The notes under the pieces are model-generated. The model did not search any database. It saw nothing but the letters and a program-made list of their open reading frames with translations, and was not told the DNA's origin. The translations under genes and the position numbers were made by a program. A DNA stretch of 64,000 bases. It comes from Turneriella sp. GTDB taxonomy: Bacteria > Spirochaetota > Leptospiria > Turneriellales > Turneriellaceae. The DNA lies in NCBI GenBank assembly GCA_965279515.1, contig CBDIID010000003.1:480001-544000 (forward strand), given 5' to 3'. Below are positions 54,842-64,000 of the stretch, one piece after another; positions within the stretch are counted from its first letter, which is position 1; each line of letters starts with the position of its first letter.

Positions 54842-55624
54842 ATGGAGATTCTGCGCTGGCAGGTTGGCAACACTCTCAAAAACTACGAGTATATTCTCTG
54901 CGATGCGCAGAAAAACGCCGTGTTGCTTGATCCACTCGACACGGCGGAAATTGCAAATTTGGTAGAGAGCCAGAAGCTCAAGGTCAAGGCGATCCTGATC
55001 TCGCACGAACACAATGACCATGCGGCAGAAGCCTTGCCCATGCAGCAAAAGTACGGCGTCCCCGTCTATACATCCCCCGCCAATATTTCCCTCATCAAAG
55101 CCAGGGCGACGGCCGTTGCCGATGGCGGCATGGTGCCGCTTACGGGCGAGCTCAAAATTAAACTGCATGTCACGCCGGGCCACACCGTGGGCCATGCGGC
55201 ATTCGAGGTGAATGGTTTTCTCTTCAGCGGGGATTGCCTCTTTCACGGCGGCTGCGGGCACTGCCGCCTGCCGGGCGCGAATGTCGAAGAGCATTTCCGC
55301 ACATTTTCAGAGCGGCTCACGAAATTATCGCCCGACCTCATTATCATGCCGGGCCACTATTATGCCGCGCGTAACCTCGATTTCAGCCTGCATGTCGAGC
55401 CGCAGAATGCCCGTGCGCGCGCGCTGCGCGCAAAACTCATAACCGAGCAAGACGAACTCGGCCATGAAACGACGCTGAAACAGGAAAAAGAATATAATCC
55501 GTTCATGCGTTTAACGAGCCGTCAGCTACGTGCGCGCGTCGCCGAGCTGACGGGGCGCAACCTCGCCGAGGCCAACGATTTAGCGGTATTTACTGAGCTT
55601 CGCTCGCTGCGCGATAAATGGTAA
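54842..55624 (+). CDS. gloB: Hydroxyacylglutathione hydrolase (glyoxalase II)
   Basis: SHEHNDH, PGHT, FSGDCLF, EKEYNPF, LRSLRDKW. Confidence 0.88.
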   Translation: MEILRWQVGNTLKNYEYILCDAQKNAVLLDPLDTAEIANLVESQKLKVKAILISHEHNDHAAEALPMQQKYGVPVYTSPANISLIKARATAVADGGMVPLTGELKIKLHVTPGHTVGHAAFEVNGFLFSGDCLFHGGCGHCRLPGANVEEHFRTFSERLTKLSPDLIIMPGHYYAARNLDFSLHVEPQNARARALRAKLITEQDELGHETTLKQEKEYNPFMRLTSRQLRARVAELTGRNLAEANDLAVFTELRSLRDKW

Positions 55625-55655
55625 CATTTCAGGTTAGCGGATTGGGACCGGTTTA

Positions 55656-56195
55656 ATGGAGCTCCCCGCTATGCCCGTCCGCTTTGTTTTGTTATGGATT
55701 TCAGCGCTCTGCGTTGCACCCGCAGACGCGCAGAAATTTATAGAAATCGAACATAAGCCGGGTTGGTCTAACCTGGGCAATACATCGACCCTCCGCCGCA
55801 GCGACGGGCTTTTCGCAGAATCAAACTCGTTTGGCATTGCCGATATACGTCCGCTGGTTAGCGAAAACTCCACTGCCCTTACGCATGCACAGACATCCGC
55901 GGAGCAAAACCGCATTGCCAGCATCTGGTTCTGGTCAACGGTGCCCGTCGGCTTCGGCGCCCGGCTGGCAACGTATCCGCTCGTTGAACTCGATGTCATT
56001 ACCCGCCAAACAGGCTGGATTATCTTCGGTTCAGGCATTGCGGTCAGCCTCATCGGCGCGGTTATCTCGCTGCACTATTTCAACAATGCAAAATTCTCGA
56101 TGTACCTGGGCATCAAGGAATACAACCACCCGACTTCAGTCAGCGAACCGCGAGCCTCTGCGTATTTCGGCGGCCTGACCTTTCGGTTGCGTTAG
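55656..56195 (+). CDS. Hypothetical exported or membrane protein
   Basis: Signal peptide and TM segment. Confidence 0.55.
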   Translation: MELPAMPVRFVLLWISALCVAPADAQKFIEIEHKPGWSNLGNTSTLRRSDGLFAESNSFGIADIRPLVSENSTALTHAQTSAEQNRIASIWFWSTVPVGFGARLATYPLVELDVITRQTGWIIFGSGIAVSLIGAVISLHYFNNAKFSMYLGIKEYNHPTSVSEPRASAYFGGLTFRLR

Positions 56196-56201
56196 TTATG
56201 T

Positions 56202-57671
56202 TTAGCTAGGCGCTTTCCAGCCGCCGAACTGGCTTTCGAGAAAGGTGCCGACGGCCATCGCGACATGGTCGTTGAAATGGTTCGCCACGACCTGTATTCC
56301 CGTTGGCAGGCCATTTTTATCAAAACCCATCGGCACCTGCGTGACGGGCAGCTCGAGTACGTTAAAAAGCGCGGTATAGACGAAGTCGAGGGGCCTGAGC
56401 AGTGGCATGTTGTGCCGCGGAGCCGTCGTGGTATACGTCGGGCAAAGGAACACACCATCTTCGCCTAAAAGATCGGTGAAATATGTTCTGAGCTCGGCGA
56501 CATGGCCGAGATAGTGCGCTTTCATCTGCTGCGGCATGTCGGCCAATTCTTCAATCAGGGCCAAAGCGTTTGCGGGCAGGGAGAAATCCGACTCGCCAAA
56601 AAAACTCTTCGCAAGTTCAAGACCAAAGTTCACTTTTTTGCCGGCACTCAAAAGTTCGTCGAATGAGGATTTACTGCCGCCTGCCATGCGTGTCGCCCAG
56701 AGCTGCAGTGCTTCACCCATGTACTTATGTTTGGCTTCGGCGACCGGGCGTTCCGTGATCTGGCTTAGACGCGCAACAGCCGCGCGCACCGCTTCTTTCA
56801 TTTCTTTCTGCACCGGCGTCGCATAGAGAAAGGGCAGCTGCTCCTGGTAAAAAACGCGCAGCTTGCTGATCTTGACATCCGCTGGATTTTTGAGCTCCGC
56901 CGTGACTGTGCCCGAATCAATGCCGTCGGGCCCCGCGAGAATTTTCACGAGCGGATAGAGATCTTCGGCGCGGCGCGTGAGCGGCCCCGAGGCCAGAAGT
57001 TTGACGCCATCGCCGTCGGGAAAGGGAAACTGGCCGCTACCCGGCACAAGGCCGCCTGTGGGTTTGTGCCCGAAGATACCATTGAAGAAGGCCGGCAGGC
57101 GGATCGAGCCGCCGATATCGGCACCGAGCCCCAGGGGCGAGGCGCCGCTGCCGATGATGGCGCCCTCACCGCCCGAGCTGCCCCCGGCGATATGTTTTGT
57201 GCTGTAGGCATTGTTGGTGCGGCCATAGACCTGGTTATTCGATTCCATCCACATGCCGAGCTCAGAAAGATTGGTAAAACCAAGGGGAATGAGGCCAGCT
57301 GCTTTGAGGCGCGCGACGGCCGTGGCGTCTTTTTCCGCAATGAAATCGCGGCGCGAGACCTGCCCGCCACTCTGCACCTCGCCAGCGAAGGCAAAATTTT
57401 CTTTGAGTGTGCAGGGCACGCCGAGATAGGGCGGCAGGTCGCTTTCACCCTTTGCAATACGGCTGTCGGCGATGCGGGCATCTTCGCGCGCTGCGGCAAA
57501 CCGCTGGTTCACGACTGCATTGAGGCGGGGATTAACCGCCTGAATAAGCTCAATATGTGCTTCGACAAGGTCAACCGAGCTTACCGCGCGGCTGCGTATG
57601 AGTTCAGCCATCTTGAGGCCTGAAAGGCCGGAATATTTGGTGCCCGTGAGGCTCTCTGTAGCGGTTGGCAT
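56202..57671 (-). CDS. Amidase-signature family enzyme (FAAH2-like)
   Basis: GGSSGGEG and DIGGSIRLPA. Confidence 0.92.
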   Translation of the reverse strand: MPTATESLTGTKYSGLSGLKMAELIRSRAVSSVDLVEAHIELIQAVNPRLNAVVNQRFAAAREDARIADSRIAKGESDLPPYLGVPCTLKENFAFAGEVQSGGQVSRRDFIAEKDATAVARLKAAGLIPLGFTNLSELGMWMESNNQVYGRTNNAYSTKHIAGGSSGGEGAIIGSGASPLGLGADIGGSIRLPAFFNGIFGHKPTGGLVPGSGQFPFPDGDGVKLLASGPLTRRAEDLYPLVKILAGPDGIDSGTVTAELKNPADVKISKLRVFYQEQLPFLYATPVQKEMKEAVRAAVARLSQITERPVAEAKHKYMGEALQLWATRMAGGSKSSFDELLSAGKKVNFGLELAKSFFGESDFSLPANALALIEELADMPQQMKAHYLGHVAELRTYFTDLLGEDGVFLCPTYTTTAPRHNMPLLRPLDFVYTALFNVLELPVTQVPMGFDKNGLPTGIQVVANHFNDHVAMAVGTFLESQFGGWKAPS

Positions 57672-57824
57672 GTGCTGAACCGGTATCCGGCTACAGAAGT
57701 TCAAGTGATTTACACCCTGTATAAAACGTCTGTTTTGGCTTGGGTTCCGGGGCAAAACAATTTGCGGTCGGGAGTTATTAGTTTATATATATTCGCTCCA
57801 ACGGACTAATGTAAAGTATAACGA

Positions 57825-58562
57825 ATGAAATCAGCGGACGCCATTTTTGCCAAAATCTCAGGGGAGAAAGCCCCGCGCCTCGCCGGTGTCATCGCGGCGA
57901 CCAGGGCCGCTTTTGCCGACGCGCAGGTCGTGTTCTCGTCCAGCATGTCGCTCGAAGACCAGGCCATCACCCATATAATCGCCACGGAAAAACTGCCGGT
58001 ACGCGTTTTCACGCTCGATACCGGTCGCCATTTTCCAGAGACCTACCGCACGCTCGAATCGACGCGCGAACGTTACGGCCTCGACATCGAAGTTTATTTC
58101 CCCGAAAATACTGCAGTAGAAAAGCTGATGCGCGCCAAGGGCGCTTACAGCTTTTACCAAAGCGTCGAAGCGCGGCAAGAATGCTGCGGCATCCGCAAAG
58201 TCGAGCCGCTGCACCGCGCTTTGAAGGCAGTTGGGCTGAGCAATGCGAAGCCGGCCGACCTGTGGATTACCGGCATCCGCCGCGTGCATTCCCCCGACCG
58301 CAAAAATCTGCCCTACTTTGAAATCGACCATACCAACAATATTGTCAAATTCCATCCATTGCTCGATTGGACTGACGCCGAGCTCAAGTCGTTCGTCTCC
58401 GAAAACAATATTCCCTATAACCGTCTGCAAGACAAAGGTTTCCTCTCAATCGGCTGCGAACCATGCACGCGCGCGGTAGCGCCGGGCGGCGACATGCGCT
58501 CCGGCCGCTGGTGGTGGGAAGATCCCGATAAAAAGGAATGTGGCCTCCACGTGCACAAATAA
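57825..58562 (+). CDS. cysH: APS/PAPS reductase with 4Fe-4S (APS-type) motifs
   Basis: LDTG, ECCGIRKVEPL, SIGCEPCT, ECGLH. Confidence 0.93.
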   Translation: MKSADAIFAKISGEKAPRLAGVIAATRAAFADAQVVFSSSMSLEDQAITHIIATEKLPVRVFTLDTGRHFPETYRTLESTRERYGLDIEVYFPENTAVEKLMRAKGAYSFYQSVEARQECCGIRKVEPLHRALKAVGLSNAKPADLWITGIRRVHSPDRKNLPYFEIDHTNNIVKFHPLLDWTDAELKSFVSENNIPYNRLQDKGFLSIGCEPCTRAVAPGGDMRSGRWWWEDPDKKECGLHVHK

Positions 58563-59473
58563 TGACAATTTCCGCTGAGCAACGAACACACCTCGATTAT
58601 CTCGAGTCTGAGGCGGTGATGATTCTACGCGAAGTCGCCGGCCAGTTCGAGCGACCCGCCCTGCTTTTCTCCGGTGGTAAGGATTCGATTGCGATTGTAA
58701 AACTCGCCGAGAAGGCATTCCGCCCTGCAAAATTTCCCTTCCCATTAGTGCATGTCGATACGGGCCACAATTTTGATGAAGTCATAAAATACCGCGACGA
58801 CATGGTGAAGTCGATCGGCGAGCGGCTCATTGTTGCCAGCGTCGAGGATAGCATACGCCGCGGCACTGCAGCTGAAGAGAAGGGAAAATTCCCCAGCCGC
58901 AATGCGATTCAGGCTGTGACGTTGCTCGAAGCCATCGCCGAGCACCGCTTTGACTGCTGCATCGGCGGTGCGCGCCGCGACGAAGAAAAGGCGCGCGCAA
59001 AAGAACGCATTTTTTCGGTGCGCGACGAATTCGGCGGCTGGGATCCGAAAAACCAGCGCCCTGAACTCTGGCACCTCTACAACGGCAGCATCCACCACGG
59101 CGAGAACGTGCGCGTGTTTCCGCTCTCCAACTGGACAGAACTGGATGTCTGGCTTTACCTGAAGCGTGAGAGGGTCGAATTGCCTTCGATCTATTTTTCG
59201 CATGACCGGGAGATCATCCCTTACATGGGCCAGATTTTCCCCATATCGAAATTCGTCGCCGTCGACGCGGCCGATAAGCTTGAAATCAAAAAGGTGCGTT
59301 TCCGCACGGTGGGCGACATGACCTGTACTGCCGCGATGGAATCCGAAGCGTCCGACATCGACGCGATCATCGAAGAAGTCATGACGACACGCAGCGCCGA
59401 GCGCGGCGCCCGCCTCGACGACAAACGCAGCGAAGCCGCAATGGAAGAGCGCAAAAAGACAGGGTATTTCTAA
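58562..59473 (+). CDS. cysD: Sulfate adenylyltransferase subunit 2
   Basis: FSGGKDS, GGARRDEEKARAKER, MEERKKTGYF. Confidence 0.96.
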   Translation: MTISAEQRTHLDYLESEAVMILREVAGQFERPALLFSGGKDSIAIVKLAEKAFRPAKFPFPLVHVDTGHNFDEVIKYRDDMVKSIGERLIVASVEDSIRRGTAAEEKGKFPSRNAIQAVTLLEAIAEHRFDCCIGGARRDEEKARAKERIFSVRDEFGGWDPKNQRPELWHLYNGSIHHGENVRVFPLSNWTELDVWLYLKRERVELPSIYFSHDREIIPYMGQIFPISKFVAVDAADKLEIKKVRFRTVGDMTCTAAMESEASDIDAIIEEVMTTRSAERGARLDDKRSEAAMEERKKTGYF

Positions 59474-60726
59474 TGGATTTAATGCGCGTCTTTACCTGCG
59501 GCTCAGTCGACGACGGTAAGAGTACCCTCATCGGCCGCCTGCTCTACGATTCGAAATCGATCTTCCGTGAGCATCTGGACCACATTGAAGGTAAGGACCG
59601 CGTCGGCGACGGCGAGCTCAACCTCGCACTCCTCACCGACGGCCTCAAGGCTGAGCGCGAACAGGGCATCACGATCGACGTCGCCTACAAGTATTTCTCC
59701 ACACCGGTGCGCAAATTCATCATCGCGGATACACCGGGCCATGTACAATACACGCGCAACATGGTCACCGGGGCGTCCCTTGCCGACACGGCGATTATCC
59801 TCATCGATGCGCGCCAGGGTATCCTCGAGCAAACGCGCCGCCACAGTTTTATTTCACACCTGTTGCGTGTGCCCCACCTCATCGTCTGCGTCAATAAGAT
59901 GGATCTCGTCGGTTTCAGCGCCGAACGTTTTCAGGAAATTGAGCGGGATTTCCAGGTGATGGCGGCGAATCTTTCATTTAAGAAAACTACGCTCATTCCG
60001 ATTTCAGCGCTCAAGGGCGACAACATTGTAAATGCTTCCTCAGCGATGCCTTGGTATACAGGCAAACCGCTGCTCAAAATCCTGGAAGAAAGCGAGGTTT
60101 TGGGAAAAACCGCGCAGGGCACGCGCTTCACTGTCCAATACGTGCTGCGCCCGCAGTCGACTGACCTGCATGATTTCCGCGGCTTCGCCGGAGTTCTGCG
60201 TTCGGGTATACTCAAAACAGGCGACAAGATTACCGTCGAACCTGCCGGAACTGAAGCCACGATTACAGCATTACATTTTTCAGGTCGCAAAGTTTCTGAA
60301 GTTCTCGCAGGCGACTCGGCCGTTATCGAACTCGACCGCGATATTGACATCAGCCGCGGTGACATCTTTGTTAAGGCGGATGAAACACCGGCGAAGACAA
60401 CGTTAGTCAAAGCACAGCTCACGCACCTCGATACGCAGAATCTGAAACTCAATTACGCTTATTACCTGCTCTCCGGCACGCGCAAGGTCAAGGCGATGGT
60501 GAAGTCGATCGATAAGAAGCTCGATCTCGCCTCGCTCGAATTCAAGGCTACTGAAGGAGCACCTTCAATTCAGCTGAACGAGATCGCTGAAGTCACGATC
60601 AAAACTGCCGCCCCCCTGCTCTTCGACCGCTATGAGGATAACTGGACAACGGGCGCTGGCGTGCTCATCGATTCACAGACGAATATGACCTCAGCTGCAA
60701 TCATTCTGAAGGATGCGGCCGAATGA
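59473..60726 (+). CDS. cysN: Sulfate adenylyltransferase subunit 1
   Basis: GSVDDGKSTLIGRLL, EREQGITIDVAY, DTPGH. Confidence 0.96.
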   Translation: MDLMRVFTCGSVDDGKSTLIGRLLYDSKSIFREHLDHIEGKDRVGDGELNLALLTDGLKAEREQGITIDVAYKYFSTPVRKFIIADTPGHVQYTRNMVTGASLADTAIILIDARQGILEQTRRHSFISHLLRVPHLIVCVNKMDLVGFSAERFQEIERDFQVMAANLSFKKTTLIPISALKGDNIVNASSAMPWYTGKPLLKILEESEVLGKTAQGTRFTVQYVLRPQSTDLHDFRGFAGVLRSGILKTGDKITVEPAGTEATITALHFSGRKVSEVLAGDSAVIELDRDIDISRGDIFVKADETPAKTTLVKAQLTHLDTQNLKLNYAYYLLSGTRKVKAMVKSIDKKLDLASLEFKATEGAPSIQLNEIAEVTIKTAAPLLFDRYEDNWTTGAGVLIDSQTNMTSAAIILKDAAE

Positions 60727-61481
60727 CAGGCTCTGTCACCATCGCGGGTGCAGGCCCCGGCGAACTCGACCATTTGACGGTAGCGGTCCTCAAGGCGATC
60801 CGCGCGGCGGATGTCATTCTCTACGACGCTTTAATTCAGCCGTCCATCATCGCTGAGTTCCCCGCTGCAGCAGAAAAAATCTTTGTCGGCAAGCGCTGCG
60901 GCAACCATGCGTATACACAAACCATGATCGTCAGCGCAATGATTGAAAATGCCCTGATGGGTAAAAATGTGTTGCGCCTCAAAGGGGGAGATCCCTCTGT
61001 CTTTGCCCATCTCGCGAGTGAACTTACGGCACTCGAGAAACTCGAAATACCTGTCAAAATTCTGCCTGGCGTCAGCGCCATGCTGACGGCTGCGGCAGAG
61101 CTCAAGGTGCCGCTGACGACGCGCGAAACCAACCGCCATATCTGGGTCACCGACGGCCATTCATCAGAACTCGAAAAATACGGCGAACAGATGGCGGCCT
61201 TTCCCGGAACTTTGGTTTTTTACATGGGTGCGGGCAGAACTGTTGAAATTACCTCACTCCTCATGTCATGGGGTATGCCCGAAAACAAAGCGGCGGCGCT
61301 CATTGAAAATGCCGGCGGAGAGAATGCGGTGCTCGCCCGTGGCACGGTCAGCGATTTTGCTTCGGAAAATCTTTGCCGTACAACCGAAGGGCCCGGCATC
61401 TTCCTGATCGGCGATGCGATCGCCCTTCCCGGCGCTGCAAGCGAAGCCGACGAATTCAAGGGCCATGCTGTTGCCCCTTAG
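60723..61481 (+). CDS. cobA: Uroporphyrinogen-III C-methyltransferase
   Basis: GAGPG, YDAL, RLKGGDP. Confidence 0.9.
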   Translation: MTGSVTIAGAGPGELDHLTVAVLKAIRAADVILYDALIQPSIIAEFPAAAEKIFVGKRCGNHAYTQTMIVSAMIENALMGKNVLRLKGGDPSVFAHLASELTALEKLEIPVKILPGVSAMLTAAAELKVPLTTRETNRHIWVTDGHSSELEKYGEQMAAFPGTLVFYMGAGRTVEITSLLMSWGMPENKAAALIENAGGENAVLARGTVSDFASENLCRTTEGPGIFLIGDAIALPGAASEADEFKGHAVAP

Positions 61482-62061
61482 TTTTGACCTGACCGACAAG
61501 AAGATACTGCTCGTGGGTGGCGGCAGGGCGGCGCTGGAAAAATTCGCCCAGCTCTCACGCACCCCGGCCCAGCTCATGATCATTTCACCGGTATTTAATT
61601 CTGATATGGAATCGGCGCTTATCGGACAGCATGCCGCCCACATCACAGTGGAAAGGCGGCCCTTTCACGCCGGCGACATTGCGGATTGTTTTATGGTATT
61701 TACGGCCGTCGATGACCGCGCTGTTTCTAAACAGATCTACGATCTCTGCAAGGCACAGAAAATCCTCATCAATAGCGCGGACGACAAGGAATACTGCGAT
61801 TTTTACACCAATGCAGTCATCGAGCGCGGCAGCGTGCAGCTATCGGTCTCGACGGGGGGCCGTTTTGCTGGCCTGGCGGCAATTCTGCGCCGCCATCTCG
61901 AAAGCCTTTTCCCGGCCGAACTCGATGCAGACTGGGAAAAGGTCTTCGCACTCCGCGAACGCGCGGTGGCTTTACAGAGTGTTACTGAAAAAAAATCCGT
62001 CATAACGAACATAGTTCAGGAAATCGAAGCGCGGTATTTTAAAAAAGAGGAAACAAAATGA
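61465..62061 (+). CDS. Precorrin-2 dehydrogenase / sirohydrochlorin ferrochelatase
   Basis: LLVGGG.AA, NSADD..CDF, VSTGG. Confidence 0.88.
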   Translation: MLLPLSFDLTDKKILLVGGGRAALEKFAQLSRTPAQLMIISPVFNSDMESALIGQHAAHITVERRPFHAGDIADCFMVFTAVDDRAVSKQIYDLCKAQKILINSADDKEYCDFYTNAVIERGSVQLSVSTGGRFAGLAAILRRHLESLFPAELDADWEKVFALRERAVALQSVTEKKSVITNIVQEIEARYFKKEETK

Positions 62062-63743
62062 GCGAGGCAAAGACAGAGTTATCTGAGGTTGAAGGCATTA
62101 AGGATGCTTCCGAAGGCCTGCGCGGCGGCATACAAGCGGGCCTCACCGACGGTACAGATAAGTTCAGCGAAGACGACAAACAGCTGCTCAAATTCCACGG
62201 CCTCTACCAGCAAAAGGACCGCGATAAAAAAGAAGAAGGCGCGCCTGAAAAAATCAACACCTTCATGCTGCGCGGCCGCATTCCCGGCGGTCGCCTGACC
62301 GCTGAACAATATCTTGCCTGGGATTATCTCGGCGAACGTTTCGGCGGCGGCGCGCTGCGCCTCACGACCCGCCAGTCGGTGCAGCTGCACGGCCTGGTAA
62401 AAGCTGACCTCAAAGATGTGATGCAGGAAATCCACCGCGTGGGACTCACTTCCTTGGGTGCCTGTGGCGACGTGGTGCGTAATGTCACCGAGGCCCTCAA
62501 CATCACCGGTAATCCGCTCTACAGCCAGCTCAGCTATTTTTCGCAGTTGTTATCCGACTATTTTAAATTCGAATCCACCTCGTATGTAGAGATCTGGCTC
62601 GACGACGTGCAACAGAACCCTGTCAAACAAGAACGCATCTACGGCAAAACCTACCTGCCGCGCAAGTTTAAGATCGCCGTCTGCCTGGCTGGCGAGAACG
62701 GCATCGATCTCTATGCCAACGACATGGGCTTTGCGGCGACGCATACCAATGGCAAAGTCGACGGCTTCTTTGTGTTTGTCGGCGGCGGCGGCGGCATGAC
62801 GCACAACAAACCCGAAACATTCCCACGCGCAGCAGACCTATTGGGATGGATTCCCGTGGATGCGCTTTTGCCGATCTCTACCGCAATCGTCACCGCGCAC
62901 CGCGATTTTGGCGACCGCACAAACCGCAAACATGCCCGCCTGAAATACGTGCTCGCCGACCGCGGTGTCGATTGGTTCCGCAATGAAGTCGAAAGCCGCG
63001 CCGCCATAAAGTTCAACACCGAGCGCGCGCTGCCGACATGGAAAATCCCCGAATACCACGGCTTCATCAAAAAGGCCGACGGTAAATATAATTTCGGTCT
63101 CTATATCATGAACGGCCGCATCAAGGACATCCCCGGTTACCGCCTGAAGACAGCGATTCAGCTCGTCGTGGCGCGGCTGGGTGTTTCTGTTCAACTAACC
63201 CCCGACCAGGATATGCTGTTTCTCGACATGGACGAAAAGCAGCGGCAAGAACTTGTGCACATCTTCAAGGCGCACGGCATCAACACCAACCGTCCGAACG
63301 CACTGTACCGCCGCGCACTCGCCTGTGTGTCGCTGCCGACCTGCGCGCTCGCGCTCACTGAAAGCGAACGGTATTTCCCGCACGTGATACGCGATATCAA
63401 CCGCCTGGTCGAAAAGCACAACCTCATGGACCGCGCACCGCTCGTGCGTATGACGGGTTGTCCCAACGGCTGCGGTCGCCCTTACTCGGCTGAGATCGGC
63501 ATCGTCGGCCAGCAGAACGGCGGCAAGTACGCGATCTTTCTCGGCGGCAACCACCGCGGCACCAAGGTCGGTGAGGCTGTACTGCAGAAGGTGCTGATGA
63601 CCGATCTGCCCGCGCACCTCGACAAGGCTTTCGCATTTTGGGCTAACGAAGGGCAACCCAAAGAACATTTTGGCGACTTTGTGAACCGCGTGGGTTTAGA
63701 TCGCGTACGCTCGCTCCTGGCACCGCCCGCCGAAGTGAACTAG
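62058..63743 (+). CDS. cysI: Sulfite reductase hemoprotein
   Basis: KFHGLYQQ, RLTTRQ, CGDVVRN, LPRKFK, CVSLPTC, GCPNGC. Confidence 0.92.
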   Translation: MSEAKTELSEVEGIKDASEGLRGGIQAGLTDGTDKFSEDDKQLLKFHGLYQQKDRDKKEEGAPEKINTFMLRGRIPGGRLTAEQYLAWDYLGERFGGGALRLTTRQSVQLHGLVKADLKDVMQEIHRVGLTSLGACGDVVRNVTEALNITGNPLYSQLSYFSQLLSDYFKFESTSYVEIWLDDVQQNPVKQERIYGKTYLPRKFKIAVCLAGENGIDLYANDMGFAATHTNGKVDGFFVFVGGGGGMTHNKPETFPRAADLLGWIPVDALLPISTAIVTAHRDFGDRTNRKHARLKYVLADRGVDWFRNEVESRAAIKFNTERALPTWKIPEYHGFIKKADGKYNFGLYIMNGRIKDIPGYRLKTAIQLVVARLGVSVQLTPDQDMLFLDMDEKQRQELVHIFKAHGINTNRPNALYRRALACVSLPTCALALTESERYFPHVIRDINRLVEKHNLMDRAPLVRMTGCPNGCGRPYSAEIGIVGQQNGGKYAIFLGGNHRGTKVGEAVLQKVLMTDLPAHLDKAFAFWANEGQPKEHFGDFVNRVGLDRVRSLLAPPAEVN

Positions 63744-63764
63744 CCTCTCGTAATTAAGAAAACT

Positions 63765-63860
63765 CCGCAAGTAACGCAAAGGGCGCAAAGTTTCGCGAAG
63801 TCAAGAGAGGCAATAAAACCAAGTTGACCTTCTTTGCGTAACTTTGCGTACTTTGCGGTG
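63765..63860. repeat. Intergenic inverted repeat built of CGCAAAG/CTTTGCG units (REP-like)
   Basis: Tandem CGCAA(A)G units followed by tandem CTTTGCG units between convergent genes. Confidence 0.65.
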
Positions 63861-63887
63861 AATATTGCGATCCATTAATTACAGTCT

Positions 63888-64000
63888 CTAAATTTTCTTT
63901 GGCGCCGCAGCGGCTTCGTGCTCGACCGGCAAGGCAATCGTGAAGCGGGTGCGGCCGGGTTTGCTGGCAAAGGCAAGGATGCCGTGGTGTTTTAATACCA
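63888..64000 (-). CDS. C-terminal end of a sensor histidine kinase (partial)
   Basis: VLKHHGILAFASKPGRTRFTIALP resembles the end of an HATPase domain. Confidence 0.7.
   Translation of the reverse strand, partial: VLKHHGILAFASKPGRTRFTIALPVEHEAAAAPKKI

Noticed and set aside
63765..63860. CRISPR-like array
   Set aside because: Units are 7-10 bp, inverted, without spacers, and no cas genes are present

Overview
Bacterial chromosomal window; gene content suggests a Leptospiraceae-type spirochaete, which is my inference. An apparently complete 37.1-kb transposable (Mu-like) contractile-tail prophage occupies 2054..39163. It has TGT...ACA ends, ~50-bp imperfect terminal inverted repeats and a 6-bp target duplication (GAGGGA), and it splits a palindromic REP-like element between the convergent host genes mnmE and yggS. 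Late genes run leftward and early genes (DDE transposase, AAA ATPase, Gam, GemA) run rightward from an internal repressor region. The top candidate for a new system is in the head module: the portal gene carries an A9G slippery run whose -1 frame leads into a MuF domain with a C-terminal predicted RNase toxin, followed by a coupled small acidic ORF (putative immunity). This would give a ~905-aa portal-MuF-toxin fusion. Other hidden features are a -1 frameshifted tail chaperone, a nested scaffold gene, a non-coding segment at the exact prophage midpoint (gyrase-site candidate), structured early and late leaders, and small ORFs missing from the ORF track. Host flanks carry jag-mnmE, yggS, yajC-secDF, pntAB, a lipB-DUF309 fusion, ssb, a glutathione cluster, an amidase and a sulfate assimilation operon. 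All family assignments come from motif recognition by eye; no database searches were run.
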